64,000 nucleotides of DNA. Source: the human T2T-CHM13v2.0 reference genome, Homo sapiens. The notes below the pieces were generated by a model. The model was not told the DNA's origin and did not search any database. It saw only the letters and a list, made by a program, of their open reading frames with translations. Positions 15,422 to 29,612 of the stretch are shown here, one piece after another; position 1 is the first letter of the stretch, and each line of letters opens with the position of its first letter. The stretch lies in NCBI RefSeq assembly GCF_009914755.1, contig NC_060933.1; one strand, 5' to 3'. Both the position numbers and the translations under genes were made by a program.

Positions 15422-17568
15422 ATATGCATTTTGGATATTCCTTTCTGTTTTTATTCCTCCACCATTATGTTCTGCTGGCTACTGTGATGAGCTCATTTAA
15501 CATTTCAGTACAGTATAATGATTTTATGCTTTTCTCACTTTAGCTTAATTTTTTTAGTGTTCTTACATTAATACAGTGGAGTGCACTATAATGAGAATAT
15601 TATATTGTAAATGTGAAGATTTTTTGGACCTGTGTACTTCATAATGTCCTATATAGCCAAAGACCTGCATTGGCCACTAGTATTTATAAGCTGTGTGATT
15701 TGGGTCTTGCCATTAGCCATCTAATTAATCTTAGTTCTTCATTTGAATCTGGGATGAATAATGTTACATTTCCCTGCTAGTAATATGTGAAAATGTTTGA
15801 CAAACCATAAGATGCTACAAAAATCTAGGGAGTCTATTAATGCTAATCTTTATCATCATGAAATTAAGAATGTTTACCTTGGAAACATGCATTTGCTCTT
15901 CCTTTAAGTACTAATTCAAGGTGTGTGTTCAATAAACTGTAGAAAAATATTCTTTATGCCTAGAAAAAATACTAGATGAAAATATTTCCAAATTTTCTCT
16001 AGGGTGAATGGGTTTGCATTTATAGTAAGAAAAATACATTTTAAAAGAGAACAAAAAAAAAGAGAACACTATGTAGATTGCTATGACAGTGTCATTAGTT
16101 TCTATTAGTATTCTACCATTTCTATGAGTTATCTTACCTCCCTGTATTAATTCATAAAACTCTGATCAGTGTCCTGAGAAATGTCCTTAACACACCTCCA
16201 TGAGAGTTTCTTTTTTATTTGGAAATCAAGCCACCATAGCTGGGAATGTAACAGAGGATTCTATCCAGAGATAGGAAAAGGACAAGATATAACATTTCCC
16301 AGTCAGTCCTTCCAAGTTCTGGAATTCTGTGAGACACCAGCAAATAAAGTGACTCAGCACAGAATCCAGAATAGGTGATTCAGAAATCAAGTGGCTGCTT
16401 TGACACAGGTTGAGCAGGATAATAAAACCATTCACCAATTTCACCAGCAAACAGGCAGAGATGACCTTAGAAAAAGACCATACTGATGACCAGAAATACT
16501 TTCAGCTGCCATCAGCAACATTATCTATTCATGAAGTTATGTTTATTTGTTTTTTGCTTCAAACATACAAATTAACCAGCTACTTAAGTTGTCTTTGCCT
16601 TTGACATCAGCATGAATAGCAACAATACATATTACACATCTTTTAACAACACAGAAGAGAGCTGGTTTGTAAAATATAAAATGCAATGACAAAACTTCTG
16701 TCATTCTCCTCCTCCCCCCACCATGAAGTGAGCCCTGCACAGTCTTCTCACAGTTTTCAATGTATTAGTATAAACATTGCTTAACCCCAGTTAACTCCAG
16801 AAGCAAGATCTACATAAAAGAAAAATGAGAGGAGAAAGAAAAGAAAAAACCCATCTCTGTGTATTTAGCTGGAAGGAGACAAACGTCCTGCAACAAAACA
16901 CATTCTTATGTGTTGAGTTCTGTCTTCTAATTATAAATGTGGAATTTCAAAATAAAAGAACAAAGTAAAGAGACAGTGTCCCCAGGGAAGCAGAAAGGCT
17001 GGCTTCCAGGAGGCTTGGAAGAGAACATTTCCTTTATTGAATTCATCCTGTCCGAGGTCCGTCCTTCAGTTACATAGGCTCAGAAACCTAATTTATCAAA
17101 TCTGGAGAAAAGAGGGCAGTCCATATTCATCGAATTGTATGTAAAATGATCAATTCATTAATCAACAATGGAAACTGTAACAATCATACAAAATCACATG
17201 GCCAGAATACTCTGTTCCTTTTGAACAAATCTACATTGGATGCTGAATCATAATCATAAAAATGCTTGGAAAACAGAGACTCAAAGACAAGAGAATTGTT
17301 GGCTGATTTGCATATTTGACACCTTCAGGACAAAATAACCAACTTCATGTGTCTATGCTTCCTACAGGAATCTGTTTGTGAACTTGGTCAATCAACTATT
17401 TGATCAGAACTTCCCTCTTACATTTTTTTTAAATCTGGTTTCCTACCAGGACTTATACCGTAACACTTCAAGGGCGGTTTTAGTTTACTGGTTAGTTAGG
17501 TAAATTTTTGTTAAAATCTCAGTGACTGACCCAATTGTTAAAGACTAATTGAAAAAAATTAATGCCTT

Positions 17569-17650
17569 GTGTGTGTGTGTCTATATATCTATATCTATAT
17601 CTATATCTATATCTATATATCTATATCTATATATATATCTATATATATAT
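17569..17650. repeat. Compound microsatellite (TG)6-(TCTATA)n-(TA)n
   Basis: Read directly from the sequence. Confidence 0.95.
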
Positions 17651-17752
17651 AATTTTAAGCCTCTTTCACATATTTTTTATTCTTAGAATTTCTTGAACAC
17701 GGAACAAAACCTCTAATGTAAGTTTTAAAATACAAAAATCACTGGGAAAGAG

Positions 17753-17760
17753 GATGGATG

Positions 17761-17806
<46 letters not shown>

Positions 17807-17808
17807 CA
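17753..17808. repeat. Tetranucleotide STR (GATG)2(GATA)11GACA
   Basis: Read directly from the sequence. Confidence 0.97.
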
Positions 17809-19409
17809 GAGATATAAATATACAACTTGCGGTTATAAGCATTTCAAAGAACTTACATGCACAATTAAAGTAGTATGATGATTTCTCTCCCTCCTTGACT
17901 CTGCTATCCTCCTCACTATCCTGGAACTATGGAACTAAGTTTTATTCTACTCTCTTTCAGAATTCACATTCCAATACCTAGATCCAGAATCTGTTTATTC
18001 ACTGGTTGTTTAAAGGAACAAATATATAGAGTGACATATTTTCCTACACGTGGGAAATTCTCATTCCTGCTTCATAGGAATGAGACTTTGGGTGGATCCT
18101 AAGAACCTTTTCAGAGTGATAGGGTGATAGACTGAGGAGGGTGGAAAATAGAAGCAGATGTGGAACACAGACAGAAAAGACTGGGAATCTCAAAGACATG
18201 TTTTTACTAGTTAAAAATTTTGCTCAAGATTGATCTTCAATATTTTATTGCTTTCCTCTCTAGCTCTGCTCAGGGAATATTCCTAAATTAGATTTTAGAA
18301 AAAAATCCTGGGAAGCAGCCCCTCCCTACCCTTTGTTTTTTCTTCCTTCTAGTCTCCTTCCTCTATGCAAATTTCAGGAACATTCTGATTTCAAGGATGA
18401 CTGGAGAGAAGGGAAGCAGCAAAAATGAGGTAAGAGTTAAAAGGAATGGAGCAAGGCAAAAAGAAACGTTCTCCACGTTTACAAATTGAATTATTACTTT
18501 GGTAAATTCTCTTCCTTTTATAGGAATGGAAGTAAACCAGAATTTACTAAGATTCAACAGAAATGTTCCCACTTTTGAAGGATAAAAATGACCAACTTAT
18601 AAACCATATCCTAAAGGACTTCACTAAATTAAATAACAGAAACTGAAAGAAAACATTTTATATTAATCACAGAACAAAATATATATATAGACACCATAAG
18701 ACAGAAAAGAATCCAGGAACTCAGCTATAAATTCAATAACAGAAAGGGATACAAATTACAAAGTTTAAGCTGCCAAACGCTGCACAGTAAACAGATTCCA
18801 TCTTGCGTTCATGAGATTTCAGCACAATTGTTGGTTAATTTCTTCTTTAATTTTTTTAAGAACAATGTAACTAATTCCTTCTCACTGCAATTTAAGAAAC
18901 TAGATAAGAGCAAGGTACACACAATAGGAGTTCTGATGATATCTAATTTGAGCTGTGCCAGGACTAGTCTGTTCCAGTTCCAAGCCAGCCTATGAAAACC
19001 TGACTCACCTTTTGTTAGTCCTGTAGGCACAATCTATCTGCTCTATTCTAATTGCAAAATTGCCACAACTCATAATAATGAAAGTCAGATCAGAGCTGCA
19101 TTTTCGAATCCAGTTAAGTTTGCATATTTAACTTACAGCAAAAAGTGTTCATGGAAGTCATGGAGATACCTATATGGAATAGAAGAAGTCATTGTCATGA
19201 AGCCAGCCTTTACACACAGATACAGATTTACAACTAAGTATTATTCAAGTAATTTTGTGTAAGTTGCTCAGATTAGAACTCTGAAAACTAAACAAATGTT
19301 TGAGTAACAAATTTCTTCTTGGCAAGACTTTAGAATTTTCAGGATGGAAGAATTTGGGGTGGTGGTTGAATATGATTTCCTTTTGCCTAGTGAGGTGAAA
19401 TAATAGTCA

Positions 19410-19610
19410 AGGGCATTGGCAGTACAATCATGTTCCCTAACCCTGAGTCCTGGATGTACTAGTGGGACACTGAGGAAGTTATTAAATTTTATTAAATTTT
19501 CTAAGCCTTGGTCTTCTCATCTGTAAGATAGTGATAATAGTAGTACTCTAGTCAGAGGGCTGTTATGTGGTTTAAACAACAATTCATGAAAAAGTGGAAC
19601 ATGGTATGTT
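19410..19610 (+). mobile_element. MIR
   Basis: MIR core-like CTAAGCCTTGGTCTTCTCATCTGTAAGATAGTGATAATA. Confidence 0.7.
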
Positions 19611-19666
19611 GTTTTTAAGGTATAAATAGAAATATCCTCGAATATATTTGGGATGCCCTAAATAAC

Positions 19667-19974
19667 TTTTTTTTTTTTTTTTTTTTTTTTTGAGACAGGG
19701 TCTCACTCCGTTGCCCAGGCTGGAGTGCAGTGGTACGATCACTGCTCACTGTAGCCTCAACTTCCTGGGCTCAAGAGATCCTCCCCACTCAGACTTCTAA
19801 GTAGCTGGACCACAAGCACATGCCACCACATCAGGCTAATTTTTTTTTTCTTTTTTGTAGAGATTGAGGTCTCACTGTGTGCCTAGGATGGTCTTGAACT
19901 CCTGGGCCCAAGCAATCCTCCTGCCTCAGCCTCCTAAAGTGCTGGGATTATAGGCATGAGCCATTGCACCTGGT
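19667..19974 (-). mobile_element. AluJ
   Basis: Antisense dimer with J diagnostics; TSD TAAAT(A/G)ACTT. Confidence 0.92.
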
Positions 19975-20387
19975 TAAATGACTTGAGAGATTTTGAATGT
20001 TAAATAACTAATGAAAGTGAAGTACTACTTATGTATTTCTCTCCCAAAAAGGATAAGTTGATATTGATATAAACAATTTACATATCTTAAAAGAATAAAC
20101 ACATTCTCATATTTTGGACCATCTTCCTGAATGAAACTCAAAGCCATGGCACTTGAAGTAAACGAAGATGTCTTCTAGAGACCATAGAGTTATTTCCCAA
20201 AAAGGCAGTCAATAAATGATTTCCTCATTTTATCTACAGGATAGAATCTCCTAAGACATGAGATGCATGATTGGTTAATAGCTATTAATAGATATTTCTA
20301 CTTGAATTTGAGTTTCTTAAATCCACATGGAATCTATGTAGTGGATAACAGAAATAAATAAAGGAAACCACTGCTCATTTTATTTAC

Positions 20388-20462
20388 CTGTAAGTGTTGA
20401 GTCAGTTTTGTATGCTGTCATAATCCTCAGTCTAGACCACAGTCTCTCCATCATGCCACTAG
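20388..20462 (-). other. Candidate 75-nt cassette exon (phase 1-1, open: ASGMMERLWSRLRIMTAYKTDSTLTG)
   Basis: Minus strand: TCTTTGTCTCCCTTCCTCTCATGCCAG| acceptor, CAG|GTAAAT donor, TACTCAC branch-point-like motif; no homolog recognised. Confidence 0.3.
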
Positions 20463-20679
20463 CTGGCATGAGAGGAAGGGAGACAAAGACCGCACAGCTA
20501 GCAATGTGAGTACAGAGACACACATGAGAAGACACATACAAAGAACAAGGAACATCTCCACAAAACAGCAAAAGCAAATCATATATTCAGGAAAGACAAA
20601 TGTATCTTATCTTTCTAAGAAGTCGATGTTGTGATTATTTTCAGTGAGAGATGTCAACTAACGGTGTTTCAGATTTAAG

Positions 20680-20910
20680 GCATGGAGGTTAAAAGCATGC
20701 TTTGGCTTGACAGTCTTTATGAGAGTCACACATATTATGTGACCTTGAATTTTTTTCTAAATCTTAGTTAACTCACAGGTAAAATAAGTAATAATGTCTC
20801 TATCTCTGGGTTATTTTGATAAGTAACTGAGATAATGTATGCAAAATATAGCACAAAGCTTGGCACATAGCATGTTACCAGAATGTGATAGCTATTATTA
20901 TTGCTATTAT
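20680..20910 (+). mobile_element. MIR
   Basis: TGTGACCTTG..GAGATAATGTATGCAAAATATAGCACAAAGCTTGGCACATAG. Confidence 0.7.
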
Positions 20911-21289
20911 TGTTTGCTAATTAAAACATTTATGAGAATAGTTTTATTTTTTATTTTTCAATGATAAAGACTAGCCTTCTGCTAGATTTTTAAATTAAAA
21001 GAAAACAAAAACAAAAACAAATCCCAGCCAGCTACAACCTAAAAGCAAAACAAGGCTCAAAGAGGGAAAGCAATGCTAAGACTCTCTTTAGAAGGCTTGT
21101 TTTCATTTAAATGCCATTCAAAACAAGGACAGTGTTCCTATGAAGCTTAAAAGATATGTATGTAAAATAGAGCAAGTGGAGACATGAATTCATATAATTT
21201 ATTGCTGGAAAGAAACAGACAAGATCTAATTCTATACACTCATCTTAGAAATGAGTAAATTCATGCCTAGAAAATGAGTGTTTATTTTT

Positions 21290-21776
<487 letters not shown>

Positions 21777-22622
21777 AGAAAATGAATATTTCAAGATCAC
21801 TAGAAGGTTAGTTACCAACACTAGAACCCAAGTATCTGCCAGTCTTTCTATAAAGACCAACAGCTTTCCACACAATTCATTCCTGTTCTTAATTATCAGC
21901 TACAGTAGAGTTTCTTGTGAGGAAAATCAGACTTCTGAAGCAATTCTGGAATGCCCTTGGGCACTGACAAAGGGAGAGAGTTAGGATAATGACACTTTTA
22001 TATTAGATTTTTGGGATGCTTTAGGTGATGTCATTTCCCAATTTCATTGCAAGAAAGTATTTTGGTTTTATTCCCATGACTCAAAGCAATGAAAGAAAGT
22101 CAAACACAGAAGGTAGTATTTACCTAAATAATTGGAACAGCTTCTTATGAGCTGTTTTATTTACTTTTTGGGTAAATATATTTATTATTCAGGCAGTTTA
22201 TTTTTATGCACTACATATTTATATAATATTTTAAATGCATATGGTTTTATAAACCCTGTCTAAAATACATTGTATGCCCACAATAATTATCAGAAATTGA
22301 AGTATATCATAAAAAATTCTATGAAACTTGAGAGAATTATAAGCATCTTCTATTTTACTACTGGTATAACCACTGTTGGATTTACAGAATGCCACTGCCA
22401 AACTATCTCAAAGACTGATCATTTTTCTATAATTATATATTTGTAGTCAAACACAGATATTGATGGTAAACTTAAAAAATTGGGGTTGATGAATAAACTC
22501 ATAATTGCAAAATATGATCAGGCTGTTATTTAAGCCCATTAAATAATATTGTATATGACAAACATTTTTCTCTCACCGAGTGCCCAAACTTGGGGTAGGT
22601 AAGTAAGCACTTTGCTTTATCT

Positions 22623-22838
22623 CAGGGTTTCTCAGTTGCAGAACTCTTAATATTTGGAGCCAGAAAGTGATTTATTGTGGGGGGAGAGTCCTGTGGATTG
22701 TGGAATGTTTTACAGCATCCCAGGCCTCTACCCTCTAGATGACAGTAGTACTCTCTGCTCCGTTGAAGCAATCAGAAATGCCTCCTGTCATTTTCACATT
22801 TCCCCTGGTGGCAAAATTGCCTCCACTGAGGACCACTG
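22623..22838 (-). mobile_element. MER20 (hAT-Charlie MITE)
   Basis: CAGGGTTTCTCA...TGAGGACCACTG terminal inverted repeats; degenerate 8-bp TSD CTTTATCT/CTTTAGAT. Confidence 0.88.
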
Positions 22839-23166
22839 CTTTAGATTATTAAATTCTCTCAATAATCCCATGAGGCAATGCATTACCACCTCTATTTTCT
22901 AGGTGAGGTGACGGATGCTTAAGAAATTTGGTAATTTGCTTGATTTGCTCAATGTCACACAGATAAAAATGGAAATCAAATAAACTGAAGATCTCAATAA
23001 TATAATCATTGAACCCAACTACCTCACTCCAAGATCCAGGTGAATGGAATATCAAGTTCTGTGTATCCATAGATATCTTCTCAGAGCCATACAGAAATGG
23101 ACAGGCTCTGCCCCTTTGAGAAAGCACATATTCCATTTCCCAGGGAAGTTTTTATGTTCATAGACA

Positions 23167-23500
23167 ATGTGTCAGCCATTTTGAGTTATGCTACAGCCAC
23201 AGACAATATGAATATTTCAGGGACTTAAAACACTCAAAGTTTTTTTCTGGCTCATATTGTATTGTCATTGTGAAGTGACATGGGCTCTGCTCCATCATCC
23301 CAAGATGCAGATCCTCCTGCTGGGACATGCCAGTCTCTGGCAGAGTGATAACAGAACCATATGATGGCTCCTGCAGTTTGCACTCAGGAGTGACACAGAC
23401 CCCTTGCACTCAGTTTATATGGTTGAAGCAAGTCAAGTGGCCAAGTGTGACATCAGTGGGCAGAAAATATAGCCCTTCTTTGGGAAGAAGCGAAGTAGAG
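23167..23500 (-). mobile_element. Old MLT1 LTR fragment
   Basis: TTATGCTACAGCCACAGACAA..GACTTAAAACACTCAAAG is MLT1 antisense-like. Confidence 0.55.
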
Positions 23501-24094
23501 AAGGGCCAGGGAAAGAGCATCTTGGTAGTAAAAACAATAAACATTTTTGAAAAATAATTCTACCTTTTTACAATTACAAAGAAAAATGATCCAAGTGATT
23601 CATTTGTCACATGAAAGACAAATAGCTTTTTATTCAAAATGCGCATAACTGTATGTTCTCTGGAGGTACCTGTTTGAGAAAGAAATCCTAATGTGGCAGC
23701 CAAGTGCCAGAAATGGAAGAGTTATACATTCAATATTTTAGAACCTCAAAACAGTAACATATCAGAGACATCATAAGGCAAATGCATGCAGTGTCCCAAT
23801 TGTTTCCAAACAGGATTTCTTCTGGAGACAGCACAGGTTCCTTTCCTTTTCAATAAATCTGTTCCATGATCTCTTAAATGGGAGCTCTAGAAACTATTCA
23901 ATTTCTACCTGATCTAGGCTATTCTGAGTAAAGAGCAGATCAACTTCTAGAAATAGAAAGAATGCTTGTACTTGGTATTTGGTGAGAAGGCATTTCATCA
24001 ATCGTGGGGATCTGTGGGAGGATCCAGCACAGGCTATTCATTTTAATGCTTTTACTACACAAACTTTTCTTTCCCCATTCTACCTTACCTTCCT

Positions 24095-24140
24095 CTGTCT
24101 CTCTGTCTGTCTGTCTCTTTCTCTCTCTCTCTTTCTCCCT
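24095..24140. repeat. (TC/TCTG)n low-complexity tract
   Basis: Read directly from the sequence. Confidence 0.85.
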
Positions 24141-24572
24141 TCCTCCCACCGCCTGTCTCATACACACAGTAATATACCCCACAAACTCTCAGGAAAACTT
24201 TTGATTAAAAATCATAGAAATATTCTAAAACAAAAAGGATTTTTTCAAATGTTTTTATCAGTCTTTTAGGGGAGCTGCATAATAAATGCATTTAACTTAA
24301 AGAATTAAAGTACACCAGAGAGAGAGAGATAGAGAAAAAGAAAAAAGAATAGGAAAAAGTAAAAAGGGAGCAAAATAGGTGTGAAACAGTGGTAATTCTT
24401 CAGCCCTCCTCTCATGGAGATATAAAATCTAATTTTCTTACACTTGAATTTGAACAAAAAGTAGAGACTTTCTTGATAAATAGAATGTAGCAGAAGTGAC
24501 AGTCTAGACCTTCAAGGGTAATTGGTTATATAAAGCCTTGCAGCTTCAGTTCAGGCCTTTTATATCACTTAA

Positions 24573-25402
<830 letters not shown>

Positions 25403-25731
25403 TTTCTTCTTAGGATGCTCCCTGTGGGAACCCATGCTCCATCTTGAATCATAAGCCACATGGAGAGTTTACATATGAACACTCTGGTCAGCAGCCCTAG
25501 CTGAGCTCCTGGTCAACAGCCAGCATCAGCTGTCAGACATCCCAGTTCAGGCAACAAGTTGTGAGTAAAGAAGTAGTCTTGGAACCTGACACCCTGTAGA
25601 TATAAGATAATCTGCCCAGACAACACCTTCTAGACTTCTTGATCCACAAAATTGGAAGCAAAGTAAACTTATTGTTTGAAGATACTTAGTTTGGGAGTAA
25701 TTTGTTACATGGCCATAAATAAATGGTACAG

Positions 25732-26050
25732 AATCCAATACCTGGAAGTGAATAGTTACCATAATAGAAAACTAAAATATGTAGCCTTGGCTGCTGGCTG
25801 GTACAAACTGGAAGATGAGGCAGCTGGTAAAAATTGGAAGGACTCCAAAGAGTCTGCTGGTGAAGACTTGAAGGACAATGAGGAAAATATTATTGTATAC
25901 CAAAGAAAAAGGAATCCTGATCATGTAGTGACAAAAAATTTGGCAACATGGTTGCTTGCCATAGCATGGGAACAAAAAAAGTTTGCATTATGAATTTGGG
26001 GAGATTTCTGGACATAACATATAAGTATCAACTGGTCCAGCAAAACCTTT
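25732..26050 (+). mobile_element. MLT1-int internal fragment
   Basis: Directly follows the LTR end; TACCTGGAAGTG..AAAACTAAAATATGT..TGTAGTGACAAAAAATTTGGCAAC typical of MaLR internal sequence. Confidence 0.65.
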
Positions 26051-28082
26051 CTCGTATTTCTGACTGGGAAAATAATGAACAAAATAAATTATGTTTTAAG
26101 CTACTAAGTTGAGGATAAATAAATGGAGGAAAGGAACGTAGAAGAAATGGAAAACAGAATGTGATAGTTTAGGGGTGATAACAAATACTTAATATTCTTC
26201 CAATTGAGAGCTGAAGTCTAATTTCCCTACCTTTGACTCTGGACTAGTGACACAGCAATTTATTATGCAGCAGTGAATAACCAGAAGTGGGGAAAAGGGA
26301 GAAAGGGAACAAGATCAGTTTAAATAGTGAATGTTCTGGGATGAAAATAAAATGGAGATATAATTCTGCCTCTTAATGACAGAACAATTCACCTGCTGAA
26401 TGTTTTCAAATGTTTAAAGATTATATATACAGTCACAATATGATCACTAACACAAACCAACTACTTTACGTGATATTTGACCAAAGAAATAGCTTCCTGT
26501 TTAATCCTAACTGTGTTGTATTCATTGAAACAAGGCATTTTCTTACACGGTATTTCCTTAAAAGATTTTCACGGGAAACCTTCTTGCCTTAGACCCTTAC
26601 GTCAGAACCTCAACTTCTCCTAAAATGTGACTTCACTATATATTTTCAAATAGAAAATATACACATGAAACAAAACACTCCTGATACAAGTGTTTGAGTA
26701 GGTGTTAAATGATAAAGACACAATCTAATACGTAGGCATTTCTTTATAGATAAATCTTATTCTACAAATATTTAAAGCGGCTCACAAGTAATATATTCCA
26801 CACTCTATAAAAATATGAAAAAATCCAGGATCAGAGAAAAATTGAAGTAGAGTAAAAGTAACAAATCATGAAGAAATTGTTAAATTAATTCCACAGTTAT
26901 TAAGTTGAATTTGATTCTGAGCTTCCAGACAGGTAAAGAAAAACAAGAAATGTCTGGCACATATTTCTCATTGGCAGTGGGAAGGACATATTTCAATTGC
27001 ACAGAGAAACAAGATTATTTATGTCATAGAATTATGAAAATAATTTTCCTTAAGGAATTGCCACTGAGGACACTATGATCCCTACATCTCTCCAGTTAAT
27101 ACCTTACACAGATACATGTTTCTATTAACATGTTTCCTCAGGCTTTTCTCAATGAATGAGAATCTAATTCCAAAGCTCAACTCAGTCACAACAGTACGCA
27201 AGATCAAGAAAACATATCCAATGATATAACTCTGCTTTTTTCTCCTCTATTAGACTATGAGCTCTTTAAGCAAAAAAAAAAACAAAAAAACAAAAAAAAA
27301 ACCACACCAAACCACACCTTTGTTTTTCTTCTTTTCTTTTCATAACTCTATACCTATACTTGGTACTATACATATATAGCATTTGTAGTAAGTACATGGT
27401 GTCATGCAGATATGCCATAGTTCTGTTTTCTGGGAGCGCATCTGAGGCAAGAGTCCTGATTGTATAAATAAACAAAATTCATTTCCTTTTAAAGCTGTTG
27501 AACTACCTCATCTTTAGACTCAATAGAATGACAATGTGACTTTTTAATTTTGTATGGGAATACATAATATTACACAAAAATGAGTGTCTGTATAGAAAAT
27601 TCTGGCAAACAAAAAGTTAATATTTACTATGGCAGTTATCTAGATGAACTTCTCTTTCCTTTTCCACAATACATTATAGCATGAAGTGTTTATAGCCTGT
27701 AGCTGATACAGAACTGAAGCAGAGCCTCACTTGCTAAAATACTGAAGAACAAGTAGTTCATGCTGGTTAAACATTAAAATATCCCCAAAGAGTTAGAAAA
27801 AAATCAAGACCACCAGCACTATTTAAAAAAAATAGGCATTATCATTAGCAACTACAGTATTAAAGCTAAGTTGTGAGGTGGAAAGAGAAAGTCATTGCAC
27901 AAGTTTGGTGGAGATTTGCAAGGAGAGCTTCACAAGGCTATTTAATGCTTAGGCAGCTGACTTTTATTACTATCTCATGGGCCAGATCTAACTAAAACTC
28001 TCCCCAGTCTTCACTCCACATTTTCTAAAATGGAATGGAGCATCTAGGCAAAGAGATTTAATGTTATTACCATTTACAAAAA

Positions 28083-28111
28083 CACGCACATGTGCACACA
28101 CACTCCCACTC

Positions 28112-28143
<32 letters not shown>
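28083..28143. repeat. (CA)n microsatellite
   Basis: Imperfect then pure CA run. Confidence 0.92.
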
Positions 28144-28144
<1 letters not shown>

Positions 28145-28729
28145 CTCGATAGAGCAGCCTGGTAAATAGCATATTCCTCTATAGCAAAGAGTAATTTGTG
28201 CCTGTTGAGTGGGAGAAAAAAAGCTGATTGCATCTATCTTACAGCTTTATGAGCACTTTGGGTTCCAAAGAGGGGCAGATTCGACTGGCAAAAATATTTA
28301 GGGGTTAACATTGTGGAAAAACAGGTGTATATCCATGAAAATAACTGACACCTTTATGAGTGTATACTGAGATAAGTAACAAGGGAACATGGAGCTCAGA
28401 AGCAAAGACTGAGTACTTTCCCACAGGGAGCTTATGACCTAGTCAAGAAGAGATGGTAATAATAGAACGTTCTGTTTACAAGTCTCCTGAGAGACATCTG
28501 GTCTAATGCCTTTCAAATTCTCCTCCTGTAATTCCTAGAAGACTCACGCAGAGGCACTACCATGGGAGATGAAGAAAAACCAGCTCAGCAGGAATGTCTC
28601 CAACACTACTCCAGCTGTAAACAGACTCTACTCTAATATGGCTTATACATTGTATTTCTTTAAGACATCTCCTTTTGTGTTGGGCCCACTGACTATAAAA
28701 ATGGAAGGCCTTTTAAGAAAATAATTGGT

Positions 28730-29052
<323 letters not shown>

Positions 29053-29071
29053 AAGAAAGATGATTGGTCAT

Positions 29072-29612
29072 TCGTGATGGATATCTGTTGCTTTGCTTTC
29101 CCAAAATCTATTTTCCTTTCTTTGGGTCCCTGATTTGCCTGCGGGCACCACAATTCCTGCATTGTCTGTAACTCAGGAAGAACTGTCCCTACCATTGGCT
29201 ACAGTAGTAAAGATAGCTGATCTTTTTTTTTTTTTTAATCAGTCAATCTGGCCACAATAACTAGTAGAGAAAGTATGTGATCAAGGCTGACCAATTAAAG
29301 CCAGAAATACTGAGGGGATTTTAATTGGGAGCTCTCAGGATACAGATAGCCTCATCCATTAGGATTACTAAGAAGAGAGAATTGAGCCTGAAGCTGCCGG
29401 AAAACACCTTTCTAAGAATGGTGCCCAACCCGGAAAAACAGACTTTGTCTTAAAGCTAGCTCTAAAACATAGTATCCCAATCACTTCTCAGCCTTTTGGC
29501 TAAGATCAAGTGTAAAACACATTATCCCTGGGGTTTTCATTATATTAATAAAACAAGTGAATAAATTGCATTTTCCTTTATGAGTGTGTTTTCTTTCCTT
29601 TTCAACATAAAA
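29072..29612 (+). mobile_element. Old ERVL LTR (LTR16/LTR33-like) remnant
   Basis: GTGATCAAGGCTGACCAATTAAAG, GAGCCTGAAGCTGCC and an AATAAA-containing 3' part. Confidence 0.45.
29480..29514 (+). pseudogene. 3'-truncated U2 snRNA retropseudogene (nt 1-35)
   Basis: ATCACTTCTCAGCCTTTTGGCTAAGATCAAGTGTA versus U2 ATCGCTTCTCGGCCTTTTGGCTAAGATCAAGTGTA (two CpG transitions); flanking direct repeats. Confidence 0.92.

Noticed and set aside
18330-18436. Plus-strand exon-like block ending GAG|GTAAGA
   Set aside because: Length is not frame-preserving and there is no supporting context
19001-19030. 12-nt microexon on minus strand (CAG|GACTAACAAAAG|GTGAGT)
   Set aside because: No polypyrimidine tract and several upstream AGs
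25676-25993. 105-aa ORF
   Set aside because: MaLR LTR/internal remnant with a TTG start; no evidence of domestication
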